A DNA stretch of 64,000 bases, from the NCBI RefSeq assembly GCF_036588685.1, contig NC_086375.1, forward strand, positions 22,878,001 to 22,942,000. Reading direction: 5' to 3'. A model generated the notes under the pieces. That model searched no databases. It was not told the DNA's origin and saw only the letters and a program-made list of their open reading frames with translations. The translations under genes and the position numbers were made by a program. Below, in pieces: positions 24,351 through 37,532 of this stretch (positions are counted from its first letter, which is position 1; each line of letters opens with the position of its first letter). Source of the DNA: Mytilus trossulus (taxonomy: Eukaryota).

Positions 24351-25754
24351 CAAAGAAAATTGAAGGATAAAAGGAGAATATACAAATTAAGGCAGGACTC
24401 TTTTTGTAAACCCACAATAGTTGACTGATTGTAGAATGAAAACAATTATACAAACAACAACCAGAACTTTTTCCATATTTTTTATACTTTGTGAGTAGGA
24501 CAAAATGTTAAACGCCTGCCGCTTCTGTAGATGAGAAGACACTATAAGTTTGCGAAATTATGTATTATCCTATTTGAATCAATGATCCAATAAAATGATG
24601 ATATAAACTTATTTATAAATTCGTTATAATTTCTTAGGTACTAATTTTTGTGGACATTATTTGGTAAAAAAATCAATCCAAGAAAATTGTAACCTTCAAA
24701 TATATCCAGAATATAGTGAGACAATTAACCGGTTTAATGGTATTTTTTAACGCGGTATAATTTTTAAAAGCTTAGAGTGATTCTTATCGTGAATAATCTA
24801 TAAGTTTTCTTTAATTTAATTGATATCGTATTTCAGTTGTTGTGGAAGCTGAGAAACCATGGACAGCAACGTATCCAGGTGTAAATAAGTAATTGGATGC
24901 CAGAATACAATGGCTACAACAATCCATTGAATTTCTTTCTTTCTTTTGTTCATACCCCTCGTCTATTTGCGAACAACATAAACTGTGTAACATAATACTA
25001 AATAACTTTTTATCATATAGATTTATAGGGCAATACTTATTAGATGTTTGCTGAGTGGACTTTAAATCTGATTTATAGACCATTGAATAATTATCTGCAC
25101 TATATATACATATATTACTTGTTGGAGTGAGATTGTAAATTAAGATTATTTATCTCCATGGCGGATGTATGAGAAAGGATAAGAAGAATATATAATTATA
25201 AATAGACATTGGCTAACTGTTTCTCCAAGTAGAAACTCCAACAGACAAGTTCCCAACATAGTTTGTGAAATCAGCTAATGGCACGATTAACTATGCCATA
25301 TATTACGAATAAAACTTTCGGACATGTTCATATTTGGCAGATTTATAAAAAAAATTAAAAGAAATCAGTTCCAAACATCCAAGTTTAAAAAAGAAGGCAT
25401 ATAGGCGTGAATAAATGACTATATGTCAACTGAAAAATGTTATGGATTTTTGTCTAAGTCAGACATTTTTCTCTCGCGCAAAGCGAATTTAAATGGTTGT
25501 TCCCTTAGAAAAATTTATTCTCAGATCCCAGAACACTGAAATATGATAGACATTAAATTTAAAAAGAGATACCAGTATAGATAATTTACGATATCCCAAC
25601 TGCATCTGCAAATCACAACAACTAAAGATATGACTGGAGAAAGCAACACAGTGTTATATTCGTGACATTATATAGTTTCTGCATGTATATGTTGATACAA
25701 ATAAGGGCTTTAGTAGTTTATAATTTTATATTCAATATATATATAATAATAAAG

Positions 25755-25925
25755 AGGGACCTCACTGACCGCATGGTCTAAGTAGTTCAACTACTATATC
25801 ATTAGCTCAAACCCCGCATGTATCAGGTGCGTTCGACTCCAATATTAGCAATTGCATGTCGATGGTCAGTGAATCCCTCCGACTTCTTCAACAACAACAA
25901 AAATAGACCGTCACAAAAGTGAGTT
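25755..25925 (+). mobile_element. Decayed tRNA-derived SINE
   Basis: A-box-like gaccgcatggtctaag, degenerate B-box-like sequence and a SINE-like 3' body. Confidence 0.35.
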
Positions 25926-28149
25926 TAACAATCTATCTATGATCAAGAGGTCGTAAGTCTGTCCAAATGGTGGGAACTTTCCTCCACATATTTTAGAATA
26001 TTAAAAAAAATAGACATCTTTTTTACCATTGAATCAACACAAGGATAAGGATTATGTACCCTTGCGTTGATTCAATGCTAAAAATATGGAAATTTGATAG
26101 AAAATTCACTTCCTTTCCCCGTGTACTCTCATATTTGGTAAATTCGGTGCTTTATGGATAGGAGAATTTGCTAGCAACGATTTCTTTAAAATTAGTAAAT
26201 TTAGATATTAGTTATAACAAATCAAAAACACCTTTTAGTTCGACTTTAGCGACTACAAGCTTGCATGGATGCTTATGACTTTTTGTAAACATTAAACGCT
26301 GGCACATCATTGAAAAACATGTGACTTCTCTGTGTGTAATGAATTTCCTACAAGAACCTTGGTTTTATTTCCAAAAAAAATCCCCCTTTTCTGTTAAATG
26401 CACTGACACAATAAATAATAATGCTTTCCCCATAGTATATGTTCAAAATGGCCCATGTCTATTATTCATCATCTTTGCTGTTTTGATACTATTGAAATTT
26501 TGTAATTTACATGGCTACAGAAGGGGTCATAAACCTAAACTGAATGTTGATTTTAGTTTTAAAATGCTGATCAAAACATATTTACACTATACTCAAGGTC
26601 ACACAAAATGCATGTGTATGGCGTGACTACAAAACATAATAATTTATTAGAAATTTTAATTGCCTTTTTATTGCCTAGTACATACTATATGCGTCGATTT
26701 CCGATGAGTTAATGAATAATTTACTTAGACATAATAGTTAATTCACATTAAATGATCACATTTACTTTTCTATATATTAAAATTTGATGGCACAATAATC
26801 ATCATTAAAATTTATGTTCATTTCACATGCATCATTCCTTCAGTAAACTGTCAATCTATAAATTAAGACTTGAATGTATATATTGATCAATTGTGTGTAG
26901 TAGATTTTCGTGTCAATAGTTATCAAAGGTACCAGGATTATAATTTAATACGCAAGACGATAGTTCGAACTGAAAACGCGACTAAATAAAATTAATTCAA
27001 TTGTGGTCTGTGTACATAATTGTATGGGAGTAACCAACGAACGTTTGGAAACATAAATATTAAGGGGAGTGGTTGGGAAGGGATATCTTCAACATTAGAG
27101 TTTAAAATGTGTGATTTCTATTTCGAAATAAAAATTTTGTCACGAATTATATTAGACGATAGGTGCAGATGATGATAATTGTAATGACGCCCTAATTGGT
27201 ATAAGGCTGCTCTTAGTCAGGAACCTGATGTTCATTGGTTGTCGTTTGTTGATGTGGTTCATAAGTGTTTCTAGTTTTTTTATATGTATTGGACTGTTGG
27301 ATTTCCTGTTTGAATGGTTTTATACTAGTCATTGTTCAGGCTCTTTATAGCTTGCTGTTCGGCGGGAGCCAAGGCTCCGAGTTGAAGACCGTACTTTGAC
27401 CTATAATGGTTTACTTTTACAAATTATGACTTGGATGAAGAATTGTGTCATTGATATCATATCATATAATATCTTCTTATATCTAAAATTTAGCAACCAG
27501 TGCTGGTATTGTAATGGTTCCTGATGTAGTTGTTGTAATACACATTTCATTCATGGGAGAGGACGAAAACAACTACGGTTTAGGTTGTGACATGAAAGAT
27601 TCATTCGAGTCTGTATCCACCATCCTTGAAACCAAGAACGAGTTGGCCTAAGGAGGTGCCACAATATTTGCAGTGTTTCCTGGCATCGTGTTTGCTGGCA
27701 ATCTAAAAAACGTGAATATCTTGGTTGTAAGCTTCTGAGGTTCCAAAAAAATCTTCAACGTGCCTTTTAGCATCTTTCTTGAGGAATGGGCCTCCGGTAG
27801 GGGAGAAGTTGTCTTCCTGACCACTCCTCCTTTGATAAGATGATTAGATGTCATGACAGAGTTTGTTATATATTTTACTTATCTTGTCTCTCGAGGATTT
27901 TCTGATCTTACATCTTCGTCGGGTTTTGCTTAACCACTCGGTGTCTGTCCTCTATTGCTAACAACGATTTCTGATGCCTCCGACTTTGATACCTCATAAA
28001 ATTACTTTTTCTGCTGATAGCATATGGACAAATGTCAAAAAGGTATTTTTTAAACAGCAGACCTTTTCTTAACACATGCTAGAACATGCTAGAACATGCT
28101 AGAACGTGATCATCAAAGTCCTTCTCGGTTTCAGTCATCCCTTCGTTTG

Positions 28150-31100
28150 ATGTGTTCGAACTTTTGATTATGCCATTTGAGTACAAAGGATCCGTTTGGA
28201 ATTTTCCTGGGAGTTCAATATTCTTGTTATTTTACTTTTTGAACAGTAAATTTGATCGTCTTGTTCATTGGTCTCATCTCTTTTAACAAAATCATATCCA
28301 ATCGAGGCACTTTCGACAATATCTCGAGATTGGTCGTCCAATTCGGATACATTGTAATGGTTCACCTAATAAACCGAATAAACGTTGATCCAGCTGTTGG
28401 CCGTTTTGTCGCCGTTAAGCAGATAGGTTGCATCCGAGTATTGCTTTAACTTGTAAACTAAGGGGATATTCCAAACTTACGTACAAGAAAGAAAACACAA
28501 AAAACACTTCGTCATTTTTATTAAATGTATTCCAACTTAAATGTGTGTCACGATATTGATATTGCTTTTGCTGATTTTTTCTGTACAATCTGTGAGGCGT
28601 CCTATATTCTCTCCTGTAACTCCCATACCCATTTATTAGCCTGAATGGACTTCACCTCTCTTGGGAGATCATTTATAACATCAAGAAGAGAAACTACTTT
28701 TCTTTCTATCTATGTATGGTTCGGAGTGAACCAGGTGGTTTCGTGTGCAGCTGATTAAAACTGGTCGAAGTTGGTTTTACTAACGCACTGTTGAATCTTT
28801 ATCGTATTGTAGATGTAATGGTTTTGTACGCGTTTTCCTGATTGGGAGAAGGTTACCCATTTCAGAGAATAGGTCACTCTCAAAGCGTCTTTCTTGATTG
28901 GAATAAATAATTGTTGGTACGCCGAATCTGCAATCTGGAGTAAAGGTATTTGTATGGTAACTCTCGATGTTTGTAAGAATATTATAAAAAACACTCGTTA
29001 AATAAAAGTCAACTCGTATCAACTTTGAGATGCATTTAATATCAACAATACATACAAATTTCTAATAACTTAACAGTATTCTAGTCTAACAAATAAATGT
29101 CTTATTAACTTTAGAATATAGTGAATTAAAGAAAATAGAAAGCGGAAAAATATACTAATACTCGGAAAGTTTACTAATTTCCGCAAATGATAAATCAAAT
29201 TCAATGCCAAAAGATATAGTTTCTCTCCAGAAGATACTCTCTAAATGCAACGTGTAAAGGAATGAACAATCCCACATTATAGGGGCATCATCTCCTAAGA
29301 CATTGTAATAGTGTTGGCTGTCTGGTTACTATCTTTGGTCTGGTATCTGAACGTATATCAAAATAGCTTGGAATTACCGAGTGTTACTTGCTAAGGGTAA
29401 AATCGTGCTGAAGAAATATCTGTATTCGTCGTCGTATCAATACTTAGGTAAACCAATTCACCGATTTGGTTTACCATTTACCATTTTGGTTTACCTTTTA
29501 CTATGAGGTAGAATACCTAAAATACCTTAATTACCTAATTTACCGATTTGGTTTACCATTTAACATTTTGGTTTACCATTTACCATTTAGGAACTTACTT
29601 AAATTACCAAAAACGGAACTGACTTCATTGTACGTCATTTAAAATAAACAATTCAGAGGTTCTCCGAACCTTAAAACATAGGCAAGAATAATAAAAAGTT
29701 TTAGAGTTATTAATGTTTAATATAGTTATACAAGAAATATATAAGAAAGGTCAATTATCGGTACGAATAAATCAACGTCATCACACAATTTTAGGTAAAA
29801 CAAGTTCCATTTCAGGCAACCGACATTTCGTTTCAGTGTTGCTCCAATTGCAGACTGACTTACATCAATATCGAGTATGAAAGGTATAGAAATATTTGGA
29901 TGTGAGAATTTTGGCGCCTCGACGATCTTGGATTTCAATGTCTTAACTGCATGTTGACACTTTCCAGGTATTCGCGACTCTTTTCTGTTAATTTTTGCAG
30001 ACATTTTACAATGGCTGCAAAATTGCAAATGTATCTTCTGTAATATCCACACATTCCGAGAAAAAACTCGCTTAAATCTTTCGGTTCTGTCCATGACTCT
30101 CACCTTTTGTGGATTCGTCGTCACAACATCGTAACTTATTACATATCTAAAGAAGGACACTAATTTGCGAACAACGAGCTCTTTTTGGATTTTAACTTTA
30201 ATCCGGCGTTAATAACAGGTAAACAACACATTGGTTAACATCTCTTCGAAATTGCTGTCGACTACAATTATGTCATCCAAATACACCAATACACGAAGCA
30301 AATGTTTAACTGGAGTCAAGCCATAACTGTTTTCCATCATCCGTTTAAACGTTAAAGAAGCACAGACAGGCCCAAAAAGCATTGTTTTTTAAATTGGAAG
30401 AGGCAACGTAGTGTCGCAAATGCAGCTTTAGTGCTGCAACTCTCTTCTACCTCTACCTGCCGATAACCTGAGCTAAGGTCTAAAGTTGAGAACAACTTGT
30501 TGCAAGTAAGCTGTTCCAATGAATCGTCTTTGAGGGAATGGATACGCATCTTTTATCGTACATCATTAATACGACGATAATCTACACAGAAACGAGTATA
30601 TCTGTCGTTCTTTGGAATCCATTCTTTCGGCTCGATTACTCGTGTGCTAAAATATGTGTGTCAAGTTCTTCACGCATGGCTACCAATGTCATAAAGAAAG
30701 TATTTGAGGTGTACATGTCGGTCTGAGAGGGTTCTTCTGACTGACCTCATTGTAAGTCTCACGTGGGAGCCCTTTCTGCTAGGATTCATATGACCTTGAT
30801 CTCACTTCCATAGTCCATTGATAATAATGAATTTATGATACTTGTACCACGACTGCAATCTAGTTACAGCCCAACCAATGGTATACTAGAACTTAACTCA
30901 ACAGATCGGTACAAACCACAAATGCAAGTTCTAACGAGAGATGAAGGGCAAAGATTGCTTTCATTTTTCAATTTTGTGAATTTTATTAGCATGGAATTGT
31001 ATTTTGCTAGGCAAATTTAACCTTTGTGTTGGAGTTCTCTTCCTTTATTTATGATTGAAATATTTTGTATAACAGATTCATACATTATGCATTACTTGCA
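28150..31100 (-). mobile_element. Decayed Ty3/Gypsy LTR retrotransposon pol (RT, RNase H, integrase)
   Basis: RT: DDSLEQL...FSTLDLSSGYRQVEV...KAAFAT (30549-30352). RNase H: PFILDIDVSQSAIGATL (~29880-29830). Integrase: RFGVPTIIYSNQERRFESDLFSEM...IRKTRTKPLH (29022-28780). The RT-RH-IN order is Gypsy-type. Many frameshifts. Confidence 0.88.
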
Positions 31101-31536
31101 AATGTGTGTATTTAAAAAAAGCGCTTATATACGGTAATTTCTTATGACTGGATAGAATCTAAATAATGATTAGTACAAAATACAGATCTGAGAGTACTTG
31201 TACTTACTGACAGCTAATGAAAAGTCAATAACAACTAGTAAAAATTCATGTATCTAAGACTTAAATTAGATGAGTTGATACATATATGTTATTTCTCATG
31301 AATAGGTTACTACATAACTTCTCAAAAATTCATTTGGATTGTAGAATGTTTTGGTTATATTGACATAAGTGATTGAAGACTTCATGCTCAACGTTGTACC
31401 ATGCTAGTTGATATGTACACTAATGGACATTGATATGTGCACTAATGGACATTGATATGTGCACTAATGGACATTGATATTTCAGTCATTTGTTGTTAAA
31501 AAAAGTACAAACAAGAGGAAACCATATTATGTTTAA

Positions 31537-31803
31537 GGTGATACCTATTTTAAAACACTACAGGGAGATAACTCTGTAAAGTCAGCTAAACGTTTTAATA
31601 ACGTCGTGTTGCAAAAGGAATATTAAGCTTCTTTCTAAATGATCAAAATTAGTGTATGTCAGATTGCTATATAACCAGACAAAACCGTTCAAAGTTTTTG
31701 AATTTTTTATATTTTTGTTAAAGGGTTAAAGATAATACTTTGACAAAATTTTATGAAAAATAAACGAGCCAAATTAATTTTAGTTAAAGTGTTGGGTACC
31801 ACC
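31537..31803. mobile_element. TTAA-flanked MITE, Kolobok-like (copy in unit 1)
   Basis: TTAA-ggtgatacc...ggtaccacc-TTAA. GG...CC termini with a TTAA TSD fit Kolobok rather than piggyBac. Confidence 0.65.
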
Positions 31804-31833
31804 TTAAAAAACTAAAATAAATAAATAACTTAA

Positions 31834-32874
31834 TTATACACATGTGATAGAAAGTTTGTGGATTTTAAAACCATCGCTTGCAACAAAATATAAATATTTC
31901 CCAATGTTTGTTAGACAGTCAATACTTTCTAAATCAATTGGTTTCCTATAAGCAAGATTGCCGTCTTGAGACAATACTAGCAAAGTCTTATCAGTAAGTA
32001 TGAGTACACGGCCACTATCCGCACAAGCTACGGCATCTGGACAAAAAATCTCATCAGGTTCATCGAACGGTCCATGAAACATCCAATGAATGTTCCCTGT
32101 TTTAGATAAGCCAACAACTCGAGTTGAAACTTCACAATTCCAGTCTATTATTATAATGTCTCCATTCAATGGATTAACAGTAATTTGTTGAGGCAAAGCA
32201 TCAATAAAGTCAGGCGTATCGACAATATTATATTGGAAATAATTCGTCAATTCCCCATTTGTGTTGTACATAACAATCTTATGGAATGGTTCTGCATCAG
32301 TCTCATTTTCTATAACCCCAACCACAATATCTCCTGAATCATATGCATAAATTCCACAACACCCATAGGGAGACTCGTCAGCAAACTTTTCATATTTTCC
32401 TTTTAAATTGATTCGTCCTATTTCACCATTTTGAGTAAGGTAAAGAAATCCAGCTTTAGAATAAGAAATTTCAAAAATTCTGTCAGCACTATAGTCACTT
32501 TTAACTTTCAAATCCTCTCCCAAAGTAATATAAAAGACAGTTGCATCACCTAATGCCCATAAAGTATGTTCATCAATAGCACAAATAGTTTCGAGTTTGA
32601 CGTTTTTTCCATCTTCTTGGATTATTTCCTTCTCAGCTAGTGCTGAAGATAAGTCGAATATTTTTAATGTATTAACATTTGTATTTTGTTCTGGGTTTCT
32701 TGATTTATCTGCTGCTTCACGCCGGGCAAGCTCATTTTCGCTAAATTCAATTTTGTGGTCATCATGTCGTAGATTGCGACATTTTGGACAAAAAAGACTT
32801 TTAGGTTTACATGTTGTACACTTGAAACGAACATCGTAAGCTGACAAACAGCCTGAGCACACCACGTTCTGCAT
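31834..32874 (-). CDS. Intronless B-box zinc finger plus NHL-like beta-propeller protein (TRIM-like), copy 1, 346 aa
   Basis: The first ATG is at 32874; the ORF track's TTG start at 32901 directly follows an in-frame TAG. The N-terminal CSGC-x8-CTTC-x6-CPKC-x4-HxxH is a B-box-like pattern. The C-terminus has propeller blades (PQQITVNPLNGDIIIIDW, FCPDAVACADSGRVLI, LLVLSQDG). Confidence 0.8.
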   Translation of the reverse strand: MQNVVCSGCLSAYDVRFKCTTCKPKSLFCPKCRNLRHDDHKIEFSENELARREAADKSRNPEQNTNVNTLKIFDLSSALAEKEIIQEDGKNVKLETICAIDEHTLWALGDATVFYITLGEDLKVKSDYSADRIFEISYSKAGFLYLTQNGEIGRINLKGKYEKFADESPYGCCGIYAYDSGDIVVGVIENETDAEPFHKIVMYNTNGELTNYFQYNIVDTPDFIDALPQQITVNPLNGDIIIIDWNCEVSTRVVGLSKTGNIHWMFHGPFDEPDEIFCPDAVACADSGRVLILTDKTLLVLSQDGNLAYRKPIDLESIDCLTNIGKYLYFVASDGFKIHKLSITCV

Positions 32875-33639
32875 TTGGTTGTATATAAAACCACCTATCA
32901 ACTAAATCCAGCGCATGCTCCCTTTAATACTTAACCACGTTCAAAATCATCTTCTTCTGATATGCCTGTACATTGCTTGAAATTTGAAACTCCTATTTCA
33001 CAACACTTGTTTGATTCTGGTATCCACTGTTCTGTTTTGTTCTGTACATGTATTTTCCTCCGTTATATATCGGAGCACTCCCACTTGGGATACAGCTTAA
33101 ATACTTAACAGCTATTTACAAAGATATCGCCGTAGTGTAATCGGGGTGCTGAAGTTTTAAAATTTTATATACAGGTGAGAATTGTGGGTTTTAAAAGCAA
33201 GAAATGACAATTTTGTGCTATTTATAGTTCTACTTAGGTTACAATTTAGGATTAAGGTAATATTTGAGTTTCTATTGAAGATACAGAGGGATGTTTATAT
33301 CATATTTCTTTAAAAGTTAAAAAAAAAAAAAAAAGTTAAAAAAATTGTACGATTAAAATAAAGATAATTTAAACAAAAACAAAAAAATTGAAAGGAGGTA
33401 AATTAAGTCAGAATGTTATCAGCTTTACAAGAGAGAGAAAAAATGAATATTTCAATAATTATAATTTTATAATGTGCCGTGAAATTTGGAAATATGGTGA
33501 CCCCCTGTCAAAGTTTAAGCATATAATTAAAAAAACTAACTGCTTTACCCATATATGGGGTCGTTATATAGTTAGAAATTCTATGCAGATTGATTTTTCC
33601 TTAGTTCCTGTAATTTATATGCATTGTATTAATTTGTAT

Positions 33640-34640
33640 AGTCCAATACAATATTGTTACTAAATTTAATTCAACTTGTTGAGGGTCTTAGAGAAAAAGT
33701 ATTTGGATGTTTCAGGATTTTCAATGCAGCCTCTGATTAATGTATCACTGTATTTGTAGGCCCGTGCTTTTTTTGCATTTGGTGACAGATTTTTTTCAGT
33801 TTGTTAAAATTAGTTTTTAGATGGGATAAGGTAGTTGTTGATAAATTTGAAGCATATCCTCTTGTTAATACTGATCTTGCATATCTCTCCCATTCAACCC
33901 GGTAATGATATAAGTTTGTTCATCTGTTTTCAAGATTCTCCAGAGACTCATTTTACAGTAAATAATGCGTAACATCCTCTTCCGCTTTGGTGTAGAGCTC
34001 ACATATTCTAGATGTTTGATTTAGATGATTGATGCATGTCGGTTCTGGTTATAAGAATACTTTTAACCTTGGCTTTTTAAAAGTCATTCTGATTGTTTTT
34101 GACAGATTTCTAGATATTGTATGGGTTTTCAGTAGGGGTTTCTTGGATTGACAAGTATATAATTGCTGTATTTTTCAATTATTCCTCCTTCCAAATATTT
34201 AACCAGTAGCTATGGCCTTTTTCGTCAAGTTTTTCCATTTGTACTTTGATGGTGGATTTTCTGTAATTATTTCTTTTGGATCTGGCAAACTATATTTATT
34301 CAAGGTTTTTCCTTCTCTGTTTATAAATGATTATGTGAATTCCTTTCTAATTACTAGTTCCCTTTGTAGAATTGCATTTTCAATCCAAAAAATTGTAGAA
34401 ATAAAAAAAAAACATATTTCAATAAACTGGTTCCATTCCAAGAGGAATATAGAGGGCAAATAATGCAGCCCTTTCAGGTAGACTTAGGAATTCTCTAAAT
34501 ATTTTCCATTGTAGTTTTTCTAGCTCATTTCTGTTTACTTTCTCTAAATCTGTACTTCTAGACCATGGATATATCTTAGGACTACATATGGATTTTGCAG
34601 AGAACTCGCGGGCACATTCCTTAACATGGATGCATGCATT
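33640..34640 (-). mobile_element. Decayed LINE ORF2 3' remnant (unit 1 copy, truncated at the duplication junction)
   Basis: LEKLQWKIFREFLSLPERAALFALYIPLGMEPV resembles the post-RT region of LINEs. It is homologous to 39340-40365. Confidence 0.55.
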
Positions 34641-35399
34641 CATTGTTGAAGGCCGTACGGTTACCTATAATTGTTAATGTTTGTGTCATTTTGGTCTTTT
34701 GTGGATAGTTGTCTCATTGGCAATAATACAACATCTTCTTTTTAATATACGTGTAAAGGAATGAACAACCCCACATTATAGGGGCATCGTCTCCTAAGAC
34801 ATTGTAATAGTGTTGGCTGTCTGGTTACTATCTTTGGTCTGGTATCTGAACGTATATCAAAATAGCTTGGAATTAGCGAGTGTTACTTGCTAAGGGTTAA
34901 ATCGTGCTGAAGAAATATCTGTAATCGTCGTCGTATCAATACTTAGGTAAACCAATTCACCGATTTGGTTTACCATTTACCAATTTCGTTTACCTTTTAC
35001 CATGAGGTAGAATAACTAAATTACCTAATTTAGCGTTTTGGTTTACCATTTACCATTTTGGTTTACCTTTTACCATGAGGTAGAATACCTAAAATACCTA
35101 AAATACCTAAATAACCTAATTTACCGATTTGTTTTACAATTTTGGTTTACCATTTACCATTTCGGAAAATACTTAAATTACCAAAAACTGAACTGACTTC
35201 ATTGTACGTCATTTAAAATAATTAATTCAGAGGTTCTCCGAACGTAAAAGCAAAGGCAAGAATAATTAAAAGTTTTAGAGTTATCAATGTTTAATATAGT
35301 TATACAAGAAATATATAATAAGAAAGGTCTATTATCGGTACGAATAAATCAACGTCATCCCACATGTTTAGGGAAAACAAGTTCCATTTCATACAACCG

Positions 35400-36700
35400 T
35401 CATTTCGTTACAGTGTTGCTCCAATTGTAGACTGACTTACATCCATATCGAGTATGAAAGGTATAGAAATATTTATGTGAGAATTTTGGTGCCTCGACGA
35501 TCTTAAATTTCGATGTCTTAACTGCATGTTGACACTCTCCAGGTATTCGCGACCCTTTTCTGTTAATGTTTGCAGACATTTTGCAATGTCTGCAAAATTG
35601 CAAATATATCTTCTTTAATATCCACACAGTCCGAGAAAAAAACTTGCTTAAATCTTTCGGTTCTGTCCATGACTCTCACATTTTGTGGATTCGTCGTCAC
35701 AACATCGTAACTTACTAGTATTACATATCTAAGGAACGACACTAATTTTGCGAAAAACGAGCTCTTTATGGATTTTAACTTTAATCCGGCGTAAATAACA
35801 GGTAAACAACACATTGGTTAATATCTCTTCGAAATTGCTGCCGACTACAATTATGTCATCCAAATACACCAATACACCAAGCAAATGGTTAACTGTAGTC
35901 AAGCCATAACTATTTTTCATCATCTGTTCAAACGTTAAAAAAGCACAGACAAGCCCAAAAAGCTTTTTTTTTAAATTGAAAGAGACAACGTTGTGTCGCA
36001 AACGCAGTTCTACCTCTACCTGCCAACCTGCCAATAACCCGACCTAAGGTCTAAAGTTGAGAACAACCTGTTGCAAGTAAGCTGTTCAAATGAATCGTCT
36101 TCGAGGGAATGGATACGCATCTTTTACTGCACATTCATTAATACGACGATTATCTACACATAAACGAGTATATCCGTCCTTCTTCTGAATCCATTCTTTC
36201 GGCTCGATAACTCGTGTGCTAAAATATTTAAATATGTGTGTCAAGTTCTTCACGCATGGCTACCAATGTCATAAAGAAAGTATTTGTGATATACATGTCG
36301 GTCTGAGAGGGTTCTTCTGACTGACCTCATTGTAAGTCTCACGTGGGAGCCCTTTCTGCTAGGATTCATATGACCTTGATCTCACTTCCATAGTCCATTG
36401 ATAATAATGAATTAATGATACTTGTACCACGACTGCAATCTAGTTACAGCCCAACCAATGGTATACTAGAACTTAACTCAACAGATCGATACAAACCACA
36501 AATGCAAGTTCTAGCGATAGATGAAGGGCATAGATTGCTTTCATTTTTCAATTTTGTGAATTTTATTAACATGAAATTGTATTTTGCTAGGCAAATTAAA
36601 CCTTCGTGTTGGTGTTCTCTTCCTTTATTTATGATGGAAATATTTTTTATAACAGATTCATACATTACACATTACTTGCAAATGTATGTATTAAAAAAAC
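35400..36700 (-). mobile_element. Decayed Gypsy RT/RNase H remnant (unit 2 copy)
   Basis: LVYLDDIIVVGSNFEE (RT YxDD motif) in ORF 36034-35729. It is paralogous to 29720-31100. Confidence 0.85.
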
Positions 36701-36817
36701 AAACACTTATATATGGTAATTTCTTATGACTGGATAGAATCTAAATAATGATTAGTACAAAATACAGATCTGAGAGTACTTGTACTTACTGACAGCTAAT
36801 GAGAAGTCAATAACAAC

Positions 36818-36957
36818 TAGTTTAAACATATTTATTTAGAGTGGATTGGGAAACAAGTTTTGCAACTTATATTAATCCCTTTCCACTTTGCTGGTGCGAG
36901 TGCTGTCTTGTAGCGGCATTAGCCTACTCTTTACTCTAAATAAATATGTTTAAACTA
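36818..36957. mobile_element. 140-bp hAT-like MITE with 25-bp TIRs and 8-bp TSD, present only in unit 2
   Basis: TIRs tagtttaaacatatttatttagagt / actctaaataaatatgtttaaacta. TSD ataacaac (36810-36817) / ataacagc (36958-36965). The empty site aagtcaataacaactagtaaaa is at ~31222-31243. Confidence 0.88.
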
Positions 36958-37246
36958 ATAACAGCTAGTAAAAATTCATGTATCTAAGACTTAAATTAGA
37001 TGAGTTGATACATATATGTTATTTCTCATGAATAGGTTACTACATAACTTCTCAAAAATTCATTTGGATTGTAGAATTTTTTGGTTATATTGACATAAGT
37101 GATTGAAGACTTCATGCTTAACATTGTACCATGCTAGTTGATATGTACACTAATGGACATTGATATGTGCACTAATGGACATTGATATTTCAGCCATTTG
37201 TTGTTAAAAAAAAAGTACAAACAAGAGGAAACCATATTATGTTTAA

Positions 37247-37502
37247 GGTGATACCTAACACTACAGGGAGATAACTCTGTAAAGTCAGCTAAACGTTTTA
37301 ATAACGTCGTGTTGCAAAAGGAATATTAAGCTTCTAAATGATCAAAATTAGTGTATGTCAGATTGCTATATAACCAGACAAAACAGTTCAAAGTTTTTGA
37401 TTTTTTTATATTTTTGTTAAAGGGTTAAAGATAATACTTTGACAAAATTTTATGAAAAATAAACGAGCCAAATTAATTTTAGTTAAAGTGTTGGGTACCA
37501 CC
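37247..37502. mobile_element. TTAA-flanked MITE, Kolobok-like (copy in unit 2)
   Basis: Same termini and position as 31537-31803. Confidence 0.65.
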
Positions 37503-37532
37503 TTAAAAAACTAAAATAAATAAATAACTTAA

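Noticed and set aside
30835-31020. Duplicated plus-strand ORF MILVPRLQSS (also 36415-36729)
   Set aside because: It is antisense to decayed Gypsy sequence, the stop position differs between copies, and the similarity is explained by the duplication.
28150-36700. Active Gypsy element carrying the B-box gene as cargo
   Set aside because: pol is riddled with stops and frameshifts, and I found no paired LTRs enclosing the gene. Proximity alone does not show capture.
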